Positions 38,541-50,324 of a DNA stretch of 64,000 nucleotides are shown piece by piece; within the stretch, counting starts at the first letter, position 1, and the number at the start of each line of letters is the position of its first letter. The notes below the pieces were generated by a model. That model made no database searches, was not told the DNA's origin, and saw only the letters and a list, made by a program, of their open reading frames with translations. Source of the stretch: Girardia tigrina (Eukaryota); NCBI GenBank assembly GCA_001938485.1, contig MQRK01183776.1:13592-77591 (forward strand), written 5' to 3'. The translations under genes and the position numbers were made by a program.

Positions 38541-41500
38541 ATTTTTTTTATAATTTTGTAATCATGTTTATTTTTTACTACATTGGTTAAAAAAATGATC
38601 CACATGCGCTATATTGCTTTCTGCTAGAACTTACAAAAATATGCTGAGTTTACAAATTAAATTAATTGCAGGTCGTTAGCGTGTACAGAGCGGAGCGAAT
38701 TCCGGCTTTTAAAGCTTAATTAATAAATTTATAAATAATGGATTATTAGGAGAAATCGATTTTTGCATAAAAATGGCTATTTATTTTAATAGTAAATTTT
38801 AATTAATTTGTGTGTTCTCATCAAGATTACACCTTTAAACTCAATCGAACCACAAGAAATAGATGAAATTTTTGTGGCATATAAATATAAGAATGTGCTA
38901 ATAAAAGCACAGTATAAAAATGAATTTATTTATAATCTTTAAATTACGTTTGTTAATTCGATTCATCAGATTTGAAATAGTTGTAAATTTAAACAAATAT
39001 TTTTGTTATCATTTTATTTTGAAAAAATTTTTTTAATATTATATAGAAAACTATTTTTACGAAAATATACATGAATTATAAAACATGTTTAGTAAAAAAA
39101 CTTATCCAAGAAATCTTTTTGAAAATCATTTGTTTTCTCAATGTTAGTCATGACAGATTACTAAAACAAATGATTATAATGTGGAAAAAATAGATTTTTA
39201 TGAATTAGATAATTTATTAAACACAAAAAATAAAACTAAATCTAAATTTTTATTTCATTTTCCATAAATGTATATATGCCCACAATTATATTTATTTATA
39301 TTAAAATCGGCATATATATATATATATATATATATAAACACGATTTTATTTTATTACAAAAATCAATGAAATAATTCCGATCAATCATTCCTGATTAAAA
39401 CTCAGTTGAATTAAAATTTTCCATATAATTATCGAAACAAGAATTTGGATAATTTTAAAATCTGGAATTTTTTTTATTAAATAATTTCGTTACAAAAATA
39501 CTTTAAATTCCACATCAACATTTCCACAGATTCCAGTCAAGAAAATTCGAATTAAATTCCCTATCCTAAATGATATCCAATACTTTTTCTTTTTTACAAA
39601 ATTACCAATCAACGAAATCTAATAATTAAAAGATACGAAACACGAAAAATAATTACAAAAATAGCGCCAACAACTCAAATACAGATACTTTCTTTGACAA
39701 TTTTCTATTACTATTTACAAGCATTTATATTACGTCAATATTCGGTTTCCTGCAATCGATTTACTTCCGCAACAAGTATATTTTGATTTTCATTAATATT
39801 GCCATAATCCTACGATTTTTGTTTCATATATCAATCAAGTCATAATATTCCGCAATTTGTTATCTATTTGACCACACATTTTGAAAATATAGATATAAAT
39901 ATCGCCTATTGTTTTCTTTTCAATACAAAACGAATCCACTATCACTAATCTCACGAAATTTTTTTTCCTGTTCATCTTGTCTATAAAACGATACAGACAT
40001 TTCCTCTATACCTAAATTTCGCTAACATATAACGAACTTAGCATTAACTACTGTAGATTATCGGACACCCGCCATACTAGTTATCTGGGATTTAGTCGTT
40101 TTGTTAAATTTGATTAATTAATATATATTTTATAATTCAATTTTTTATTATACTACATTGTATGCGAATCGAAATATAGTCTATTTGGCATAATAATCTT
40201 ATATATAATCCGCCACAGTATACTAATCAATTTCCTAAAATGCTAGTTTTTTCTTTGTCATATTAAAAGGTATATCGACAAAATTATTTTTCGTTTTCTT
40301 ATTTAAAGTAATTTGGACAGATTGTAAATTGTTAATTCTCAATTTCTTATGAATTATAAACTTTGCATAGAATTTATAATTTAGGACATCCAGAATGTCT
40401 TACTTATCTTGCTTTACCATTTTATGTTCTTTTACAAAGTATTAGTTTTATGAACAGTATTAGTATAATTAGGCAATACTAAAGTATTTTAAAGTTCCCT
40501 AGGATTTTAATGCGTCATCATAGATTTTCAAAATTCAGATCACTAAAAAAATCTTAGCACTCACAAAATTATCTGTTAGGTTGTCAGTTGACGTTGACGT
40601 ACTGGGTCGATAAACGTCATTGTAGTTGATCAGTTACAAGGGCGAAATGGAGGCGACAATGTAATAAGAAACGACACCGAACTGTCTTGGGAAGTATATC
40701 TCGGATCCTCTCTGGACAACACTTTCCTTTACCTATAACAAACCGAAAACAATGCAAATTTATTTAAGAATATACCAATTTTGGATGGCTCATGAAACCA
40801 TACACTTGGACCACCATCCAGGCCCTCAGATAACTCTTTCTGAACATTGAAAACAGGTCGCATTCCCGACAAACGGGAAACCTTCGGTGCACGGTAATCA
40901 AAAATGTTAAACAATTCAATAACGTTCGATGACATCGACAGCAGTCCTTATTTTGCAGAAGCAATTTCATCTCTTGTGACATTTTATCTGCCATATATTT
41001 TATTGCTTTTGATTTATTTAAACTACAGCTTTGTTATTTTTCATTTTATTTACTATTTACTTAATTGTTTTTTCGAATTATCTGTAAATGTTACTTGTAA
41101 TAAAAATCGTTTATTTAAAAATTTTTTTTGTTTTTTTACATTTGATTTAAATAGATTTGAAATTTCAAGTTACTTTGTTAAATTTCAATATCAATTTAAT
41201 TTGATAGTATTATTGAAATTCGGTGTGGTTTATTTATTTTATTCACTACATTGTCAAATTATAAATATTCATGAAAAGTGATTTTTAATCAATAAAAATA
41301 TTATCTGATGAAGCTCGATATGGTTGAATGGCCAATCAGAGTGTTGGAGCGCTTTAAGTAACTTACCGAGACATCAATAATATTCAACTATTAAGTGGTT
41401 CGCCTTCTCTAAAATATATCCTTTAATTTGGAAGATCGAAGTATGTGCATCATTTCGATGTGACGTCATATTTCACAAATCCCCCTCCCCCTTCTGCGTG

Positions 41501-43730
41501 ACGTAATTTATGATCAAACCTAAATCGCTAAACATTTAAACGTCTTAACAAACGTAAGCGTTTAAACGCTAAATGTGTCCACCTCTAATAAATAATTATT
41601 TAAAACGGTATATATTTTTAAACAACATTTAATTATTTGAATTTTTAATAATAATATTCAAATAACTAAAACAATTAAATAACTTAGCTTCATTCAAATA
41701 ACCCAGCTAAATTTTAATATTTTCTTCAAATAATTAAGAGTTTAAATAACTCAACTTTAAAATAACTAAAAAATTACTTTATGGGAGTTGCGGGTCTGTG
41801 CGATGAAACCCTGAGAATACTTTGTCAAGATAATTGTTTTACCGTTAGTGGGTGGCGTTTTGACAAGGGTATCGGGGCCGCCACCTGGCCCAAGGTGATC
41901 GGAAACCAATGGAGTCCCCTGGAATGACTTTGTTACTCCTTGACCGTTGATTCTGGTGATCTTATCGAAATTAACAACAATAATTCGTTTGGAATTATGT
42001 TTCGATTTAGATTTAATCGATGGAGTTTCGCAAGCGGGCGTCAAAAATCGACCTGATCAAATCAACGATACTTTGACATTGTCGAACAATTCTTTCCGGG
42101 AAAAATCGGATGAGTTTTCTTTGATAAAACGATAATAATTGAAAAACACGGACACAAAATGGTTGTCAATCATTGTATATTTATCAATTCAATTTATTTA
42201 CAAAAAATAAGTGATTCAGTAAAACAAATGGTGTAAAAAACTGAATATTTTTATTTCTTTTTTTCTAAAATAATTAATTATAAATAAATATATAATGTTT
42301 TTATGAGATACAGAAATAATCTTATATATATTTGAATAAGTTGATTTTGGGGGTCACTATAACTACTGTATATTTTTTTAAAGGTGTTAGATTTTGAATT
42401 ATTGCCGATGCCACCTTTGGACGCACCAGGGCGCATAGGATCGCGTCACACGTGATGATCGTCATGCGCGAGATTAGTATCAAACACACTTTCGTTAGTC
42501 TAGACTTGACCACCTCGCAGCGACTCAACAATCCTCGGTAATTTTATATCAGGGTACCTATTCGTCGGAAAACAGTACTCCTCGAAAACCGATTTAGCAA
42601 ATTGAAAATAATTTTTGAGAATCGTGTTAATGTCATGATTGTTCCGGTCAACGTCTCAAGTCACTCGTCTCGATAGGCGCCAGTTCGCATCACAATGCAC
42701 AAAAATTTATACAAGCACCACGCTCATATCGGCTATTATTTCTCGCACATTTGCAGTCAATCTCACAAACGTTCGATGATCATCATCGTGAATTATCGTC
42801 TTTCCTTGTTGCAAAATCATGACGAAAACATTGTCCAACTCAACAAATTCGAATATATCGGGATATTCGAAGTTGTATTTCCCATCGATCACGGCCGAGA
42901 GAATCAAAAGACCAAATATTTTGGTGTAGTATTTTCACTCGACAGTCGATCCGTATTTACGCATATTTTTTAATGACAAATACATTTATATACAATTATT
43001 CAAATAGGCCGTTAACTTCGTTCAAATTTTTATTTTTTAATCACAGTTTTTTTCTAGATACACAGAACATCGCTTTATTTGAAACATTTAAACAAACTGT
43101 AGGTCATCACAATTCCATTTTTCACTATATAAATATATTAAGAAATTTTAATTTTAACATTTTCAATTTATAAATATATATATACATATAATTTAATTCT
43201 ATGATTTTTAATCGACAATTAAAATCGAATCAGGAATAAAGGATAATTGAATTTTTTAAATGCATTTTTTAATGAAATGCATTTTAAGAGTCTAAATCAA
43301 ATTTTAAAAATAATAATTGCGATAGTGTGCTCGATATCCAATGTCAAAAATATTAATATTAAATATTCTTCCGCACAGTAGGCATTTCATAGAGATGGAA
43401 GATGCTCAGGGATCCGCAGACGAAACCGGATAGAGATACAGGAAGAAGAAATACCAATGGACTTCATACTACACATGGATGAACCCGACAGTATGGAGGA
43501 GCCCCAAATCGATGCAGTAGTGGAGAACTTCGATCCGGTAGTCCTCGACAAGGTACTCAACTCGAGACGTAAACAGAGTTGAGCAACTTGAAAAAGAGAA
43601 CAATTACTTCTCCTCTGATGATGAATCGTTAGAATATGAAGTATAAAATATAAGGTATAGGACACATAGATAGGAGGAAACGATCACCCAAACCAATGGT
43701 GCCGAGGAGTCCACATGAAAAGAAACCCAG

Positions 43731-44733
43731 TGTAGTGACCTACTCTTTTATATAGGATATAATTCCTATAATAAAATTAAATTGATTTTGTTAATTGATG
43801 GATTAAGTTGTAATAACAGTTTATTTTGAATAAATATTTATTATTATTCTCTGGAATTTTTACAAAAAGTGGGGATATCCAAAGAAGAAAAATCCTTCAC
43901 AATTAACAAAATCAATTTATTTTATTATATAAAATAGTAGGATAGGCAGTTGTACAATTCTGTAGTAAAAAAGTAATAAATAAAATTTGTATCTAAAAAA
44001 AATCAATGAATAAATCAAGAAATTAATTAACATTACAATAACTAATTACCGAATTACCGACGACTTATAATGGGAATTTTTGTTCGGTTTCGCGGTTGTG
44101 ATTAATGTACGGTTTATTTTTTTAAGAGTTGTTAAAAATTTTGTTTTTTTGATCAACTTAGTTTTTTTGTCATACGATAATTATTTCTAATTGTAAAAGC
44201 TGCGAATAAACTAATTTAATTTATTCACTATTAAATTCTTTGCTTTTACAAAGTGGTGTCAGAAGTAGGATTATTTAGTTAACAAGTCAAAAGACAAATC
44301 GGAAAAACTACAAGAAGCAAATAGATAGGCAGTGTATAACGCAGGATTAAAAGATATCGAATTTTGGTTGGGTGAAGTTGAGCATTCGTTGTCTAGTCCT
44401 GATTATGGCAAAGATTCTGCTTCTGTTGACAGTTTACTGTCTAAGCATCTAGTATTAGGAACTGACATTCACGCTCACGAAGACCGTATAAGAGATCTGA
44501 ATGAAAGAGCTGATGAATTTATTGAATCTGGTACATCCCACTTCTGACACCAATTGTGAAGGATTTTTCTTCTTTGGATATCCCCACTTTTTGTAAAAGT
44601 TCCAGAGAATAATAATAAATATTTATTCAAAATAAACTGTTATTACAACTTAACTGTTAAATCCATCAATTAACAAAATCAATTTAATTTTATTATAGGA
44701 ATTATATCCTATATAAAAGAGTAGGTCACTACA
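43731..44733. mobile_element. Chimeric LTR-derived integrant with inverted LTRs carrying an alpha-spectrin fragment
   Basis: 43731-43901 is the reverse complement of 44555-44733 (8-bp indel); TG..CA ends; 5-bp TSD CCCAG; two inward PBS-Leu copies. Confidence 0.9.
44260..44533 (+). pseudogene. Alpha-spectrin repeat fragment
   Basis: DYLVNKSKDKSEKLQEANR*AVYNAGLKDIEFWLGEVEHSLSSPDYGKDSASVDSLLSKHLVLGTDIHAHEDRIRDLNERADEFIESG resembles SPTAN1 [76 protein letters not shown]; TAG at 44326-44328. Confidence 0.92.
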
Positions 44734-45232
44734 CCCAGTAAAAACCATGGCACAGCTAACCAGCCTTACGGATTTATATAGGACAGACCAAGTAATTTTT
44801 CCCACAGAAAAAAAATTCCAGTAAACATTAGAATGAAGTTACTGAAGGAACCGATAAAACTTGTGACCACAATTCAATCTTTTTATTTATATTAATATTC
44901 CTCATCCTATTCGGTCGTTTGATAAATCTCCACTTGATTTTGATTATTTGATATTCGGAAGAATTCCAATATAACGAATTCGATATTGTTGATGCATTTT
45001 CCATTTTGCAAGATTTTTGACAGATATTTCCAATTTATGATAATTGTTCTTCCTTCAGGTTCGATCGAACAATGTCCTTAAAATGTATTTTGAAATGGAG
45101 GAGTTTTGATTTTAATAAAAAACGTTCTTTCTTTTTGAAACTATTCTTTAAATTTCTTTTTATTTTATTTATTTTAAATATTTCCAATATAAACCAGAAA
45201 ATGAATTTCAATTCTTTACAAATTAATTACAG

Positions 45233-45351
45233 ATTTGGACCAAAAGGAATTCGAATGATTTAGAAGATTGTTATTTGGAATTTTATAAAGAAATCGTTAG
45301 ATTGACGGCTGTGATGGTTGCCAAATGGCAAGCCGTAGGATTCTGTCACGG
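45233..45351 (+). CDS. SELENOO: SelO exon 5 (after a ~25.5-kb intron)
   Basis: Acceptor ttacag; IWTKRNSNDLEDCYLEFYKEIVRLTAVMVAKWQAVGFCHG (WQxVGFCHG motif); donor GTAAAG at 45352. Phases agree with exons 4 and 6. Not in the ORF track. Confidence 0.93.
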
Positions 45352-45921
45352 GTAAAGATTAGTTTGATATAAATTTTTGTCATTAATTATTAGATTTATT
45401 TTACTTTAGTTCATATTTTTAAATTTTTCTAACTTATTTTCTAAAGTAAATTATTGAAAAAATTATCGACAATAAAATCAAATGTCATTTTTCATTAAAT
45501 TAATTAAAAAACAGATCGATTTCACCATTTTGGCATCCTCTGTGTTTTATTACATTTTATTATACTGAGGAAACAACATCTAAAAATATCCCACAAAATT
45601 TACTAATTATTTTTTGAATTTGATTAATATCTCATCTATGAATACAAATCACTGAAATTGTGATAATATATCTTACTTACCGTATTAGAGGTTCTTGGAA
45701 GATCGTCGCATATACAACACAACAAATATTTAAATCTAATATATAATTGATATATATAATAGTATATTTCTATTTATTTTTTATAATATTAATTTAGTTT
45801 TACATCATCGTACTCTAATTGTACCTGAATTTTTTTGTAAAAAGTTACTTTTACAAAACTTGATTTCACAGATAAAACAGGCTGATATCCAAAGCAGCTC
45901 GCACGTAGAAAAATATACATA

Positions 45922-46667
45922 CAGGCATACCTCGATTAACGCTACCCCTTTTAGCGCTGTTTCGTTATAGCGCTCTTTTGATTTTATGAAAAAAAAATAA
46001 TTTTAACTTCAAAATATTTGAAGGTGAACGACAGTCCGAAGTGTCTTCCAGCCTAGGGTTGGCTGGATCAACTATTAGAACCATTCTTAAAAATTCCGAT
46101 AACATTAAGAAATCCATTTGTATAACAACTTCATTATCTGCCAAGAAAGTAACACGCACAAGAAATACTCAAAAATGTTTGGAACATAATCTAGGGATAA
46201 TCCAAAATGCCTTAGAAGATTTAAGTGAAAATGATCCCAATTTTGAAAGGTCCTGCGCTATAAAACGAGGAGTAATGAACCCTTTATCACCCTACATGGA
46301 AATTTTAAAAGAAAAAAGAAAACTGTTTAAGCAAACAAGCTTACCCACATTTTTTTAAAAAAATAGTTAAATATGAATTTACGCCTTTATTTTGTGATAT
46401 GTATTAATATATTTTTTGTTTTTATTGAAATTGATTTGTTATATTGAATTCTAATTTATTTTCTAATTTTTAAATGAAGTATAAATGAAATAAAAATTTT
46501 ATTTCAAAATAAAATACCATCTTTTTTATTTTTCACTTCAAAGTACCAAAAAAATTGGTTAGGAACGTAACCCCATATTTTAGTGTAAATAGCACCTCTT
46601 TTGACGCTGTTTCTGTAAACGCTCAATTTTCAGGAACGCAATATGAGCGCTAAACGAGGTATGCCTG
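45922..46667 (+). mobile_element. Internally deleted Tigger element, 746 bp
   Basis: TIRs CAGGCATACCTCG.TTA / TAAACGAGGTATGCCTG. The ORF joins the N-terminal HTH (GLAGSTIRTILKN) to the C-terminal DPNFERS...KQTSLPTFF with no DDE domain. Confidence 0.9.
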
Positions 46668-47166
46668 TGTTGGGACCCGTGAGTTTTTCCTTCGCGTCAG
46701 CCCCGGGCCTATTCATTGCACCGGCACCGAGGCAGGCAAAGGAAAAACTCCCTAAATAAAAAAAAACAACAAAAAATAAAACATTATAATGATAATTTNN
46801 NNNNNNNNNNNNNNNNNNNNNNNNNNNNNNNNNNNNNNNNNNNNNNNNNTCGTGTCGATTTGGATATTTTCTCATGAGAAAATCGGTGTCCTGATTTTCT
46901 TAGTCTTGTCTTGGCCTGGAAATTCGCCATCCTCGGGTGGTTACTGTTGAATGAAATTTTGATTTTTTTTTATAACCGTGAGAATTGTCCGGTTATGGGG
47001 TTTGTGAAATTTTTTGTAAAGGAAAACAGTATATATTCGTCCGATTTTATACACCTGTCAGTGATTTATTTGCATTGAATAAATTTTTTTTTTAAAAAAA
47101 GAGTTTCTTATTAGGTAATTTTATTTTCGCTTCTAAAATGATGGAGGTTGGGGGAAACATCACCAA

Positions 47167-47412
47167 GACTGCCGATCTGTCGATAGATAACGGCAGGTGC
47201 TTATAGTGCCTGCCGAGACTATTGACGATNNNNNNNNNNNNNNNNNNNNNNNNNNNNNNNNNNNNNNNNNNNNNNNNNNNNNNNNNNNNNNNNNNNNNNN
47301 NNNNNNNNNNNNNNNNNNNNNNNNNNNNNNNNNNNNNNNNNNNNNNNNNNNNNNNNCGATCTGTCGATAGATAACGGCAGGTGCTTATAGTGCCTGCCGA
47401 GACTATTGACGA
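47167..47412. repeat. ~60-bp tandem repeat flanking a gap
   Basis: CGATCTGTCGATAGATAACGGCAGGTGCTTATAGTGCCTGCCGAGACTATTGACGAT occurs on both sides of the N-run. Confidence 0.7.
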
Positions 47413-47539
47413 TTTTGGAGGTTGAGGAAGTCCTCGTCGAGTCTCGTTCCTATAAGAGAATTCGTTTCTCTCAGCCTCTATCACCCCTTTTATTTTTTTT
47501 TCTTTTCTTCTTCCTTTAATTATAATCCACTCATCGCCA

Positions 47540-48310
47540 TTGTTCAGTATGGATAAAAGATTTAATGAAGACAGAGATCACCAAGAAGAATTAAAGCAAG
47601 AGTTGCGGAAGTTAAAAAGTGAAGGTGAAAGAATCCGTGCTGAATTGGCAATGAAGACAATGGAATTCGAAGAATATCGAAGGAACTCAGTCCCCCTCTC
47701 AGTTCATAAGCCAGTTGTTGAGAAACTTCTGCTCTCNCACCAAAGAAATAAATCCTTGCAGATGGAAGTTGATGAAGCAAAGATCCAACAAAACGTTCGC
47801 AAATATCATCAAAAGATTGTTGAGAAGGTGTCAAGTGATCAACCTGAGGTTATAATAAAAGCGGCAGCCAAGATCGAAACAAAAAAGGCAAGTCAGATGG
47901 ATGCGAACCCTGGTTCTTCAATCTATGGGACAATTACTAAAGAGGATATAGTCTCAACGTCCTCTGGTCCACTTAGCAGGGCTCAGAAACGACGGGAGCA
48001 AAGAAAAAGAAAGGCCCAATTACATGAGCAGGCCAAAGTCGAGCTCCAGAAGATTCATGATGGTGGGCATTCTGATACTACTAACAGCAAGGACGAAGTT
48101 CGCTCAACTCCAACAATGTCTTTTTTAAGTAATGAAAATGTCTTAGTTCGATTGTTACCTCCTGTCAACAATNNNNNNNNNNNNGTCAACAGACAGAAGT
48201 GGTTGAGTCTAGAATCAAAATATGAAGACCAAAAGGAGAAGAGACACCGTCTCCAATTTAGATCCATCACCACCGGACAAGGAGAAGAATACGTAAACCT
48301 GACCGATTGA
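47540..48310 (+). CDS. Coiled-coil/basic ORF, probably retroelement ORF1/gag-like
   Basis: 256-codon intronless frame rich in E/K/Q with basic stretch RAQKRREQRKRK; no motif recognised. Confidence 0.35.
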   Translation: MFSMDKRFNEDRDHQEELKQELRKLKSEGERIRAELAMKTMEFEEYRRNSVPLSVHKPVVEKLLLXHQRNKSLQMEVDEAKIQQNVRKYHQKIVEKVSSDQPEVIIKAAAKIETKKASQMDANPGSSIYGTITKEDIVSTSSGPLSRAQKRREQRKRKAQLHEQAKVELQKIHDGGHSDTTNSKDEVRSTPTMSFLSNENVLVRLLPPVNNXXXXVNRQKWLSLESKYEDQKEKRHRLQFRSITTGQGEEYVNLTD

Positions 48311-49322
48311 GACGATTGATGACGATGAGTGGAACATTTTACCTTCTTGTTGTGATTTCATAGAAATAAATTATATGATTTTGATTCATATTCCTTGTCT
48401 TGTAAATAATTAAATTAATGAGATTTAGGAGTAAATTGATAACGAAATAGAACACACAGACATTTGAATTCATAGTTAACATTTTGTTTTAAAAAGAAAA
48501 AAATAATATAATCTCCCCCCTAGGGGAATACTTCGTGTGAACCCAAGATGTATCTGATTATTTTCACTGGCGAGATTATAGGGCCAGATGAATATAGTTG
48601 GGTACGATATGGATCTCTTAGAAGTGTCAGTTAGAGATACTTGGCGGAGAGCCATATCAAAATAATATGTTGGATAAAAGGGGTTTGTTCCCTTATTAAT
48701 TTGAAGTGGCATGATTTATACATATATATAAACAAAATCTAGTTAAAAAATCTAGATCAGGAAAATCATCAAATCTAACACCTGTACATAGTTTGTGTTT
48801 TCCAGACATAAGCATTCTAATATTATGTGTACACATGTACACATATGATTATGAGTACATTCATGTAGTTATTACGTGACTTTATAATTTAAAAATAGTA
48901 TATTGTATTTTATGAATATACTTAACTTATTTGTTTTTGTTGATATTTGGTTGCATAAATATGAATTGGACAACGGAGACTATTAATTTCTTTATAGCCA
49001 CATAAGTGTAGAAAAATATGAAAGCTACGAAAATTCATAAGTTATTTGCTACTGCATGGAGTGAGGAAAATATTATCAATCTATCATAAGTGCAAACCGT
49101 AGCCAAGAAATTCAAGATTAGAAGAAGAACGCAATTTCTAAGAAAAGATGGCTCTGGTTGATCATTAGAGGTGCGTGTTGCTTACAGCGTCAATTTGGTA
49201 TTAGCATTGGTGCATCATGATACAAGTATATTAGTTAAATTGTTGAATATAATACACAGTCATTTTTCCTGTGATTGGAGTATAGATTTTCCATTTCTGA
49301 GAACTTATCATTCTTATGTTTT

Positions 49323-49568
49323 GAAATACATATTCCGGCACATTTAAAAAATAAGAGTTAATAAAATATTTCGATTATATTACTCTTCAACATTCATTAA
49401 ATAAGTGATACTTTAGAAATGAAAATTGTACTGAAACATATTTTATATTATATTATATGTCAGTACAATTTTCCTTAATAAAGTATCATTAATTTAATGA
49501 TTATTGAGGAGTAATATATTCGAAATATTTTATTAAGTCATATTTTGATGTTTCGGAATATGTATTTC
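49323..49568. repeat. Imperfect ~245-bp palindrome (MITE-like)
   Basis: GAAATACATATTCCG...GAAAATTGTACTGA mirrored by TCAGTACAATTTTC...CGGAATATGTATTTC. Confidence 0.75.
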
Positions 49569-49779
49569 CAGGTACCCATACTTCTCATTATTTTGTGTAG
49601 ATTTTGAATGTACCAAAAGATTTCAGTTTTACCAACTATATAAACACAAAGAACATTTAAGTAATACATAGAAATATCACTTTTCTCATTCAAATTAAAA
49701 ATAGATTTTCATTAGATGTTTACGATATATTTATTTTTAATTTACTGTGTATACATAATAACCTTTATGCAATTTTTAG

Positions 49780-50056
49780 GGTGTTAAACACAGATAATAT
49801 GAGCATTGTTGGAGTGACTATTGATTATGGACCATTTGGTTTCATGGATCGATTTGACCCTTCTTTTATTTGCAATGCCTCTGATACCGGTGGCAGGTAT
49901 TCATATGAAAATCAACCGTCTATTTGTAAGTGGAATTGCTTGAAATTAGCAGAGGCTCTAAAGGATTTGATCCCGCTGGATAAGAGTAAGAGTATCTTAG
50001 AATCCACTTTTGATGCAGCTTATAAAAATCAATATTTAACTCTTATGTCAATGAAG
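49780..50056 (+). CDS. SELENOO: SelO exon 6 (catalytic loop)
   Basis: [27 protein letters not shown]...[15 protein letters not shown]; HGVLNTDN and DYGP motifs intact; donor at 50057. Confidence 0.96.
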
Positions 50057-50106
50057 GTTATTTATTTGTCATAAGTCAAAACAAAAATGAACTTTGATTT
50101 TTAAAG

Positions 50107-50324
50107 ATAGGCTTGAAATTAAACGAAAGCTCTGAGGAATTAATTACAAATCTTTTGGAAACTATGCATAACACTGGTGCTGACTATACCAACACATTTC
50201 TGGCTTTGGAAACGATTGTCGAAGAATTCGGTAAAAAGTTTCAAGTTAAATATGAATCGCTGTTAAATCAAACAGCTTCACTTTATGAAATAAAGAAGGC
50301 GTTTATTCCAAAAATTTCAAAAGA
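50107..50324 (+). CDS. SELENOO: SelO exon 7
   Basis: Follows a 50-nt intron; IGLKLNESSEELITNLLETMHNTGADYTNTF...AFIPKISK; donor GTAAGA at 50325. Confidence 0.92.

Noticed and set aside
41305-41380. CTGATGA hammerhead-like starts (also ~8404, ~37057, ~38322)
   Set aside because: No properly placed stem II plus GAAA.
44332-44547. Spectrin ORF as an exon of a nested functional gene
   Set aside because: In-frame TAG upstream, both ends fused to PBS sequences, and no other spectrin exons in the window.
47167-47412. Repeat units as a CRISPR array
   Set aside because: Eukaryotic context, no unique spacers, no cas genes.
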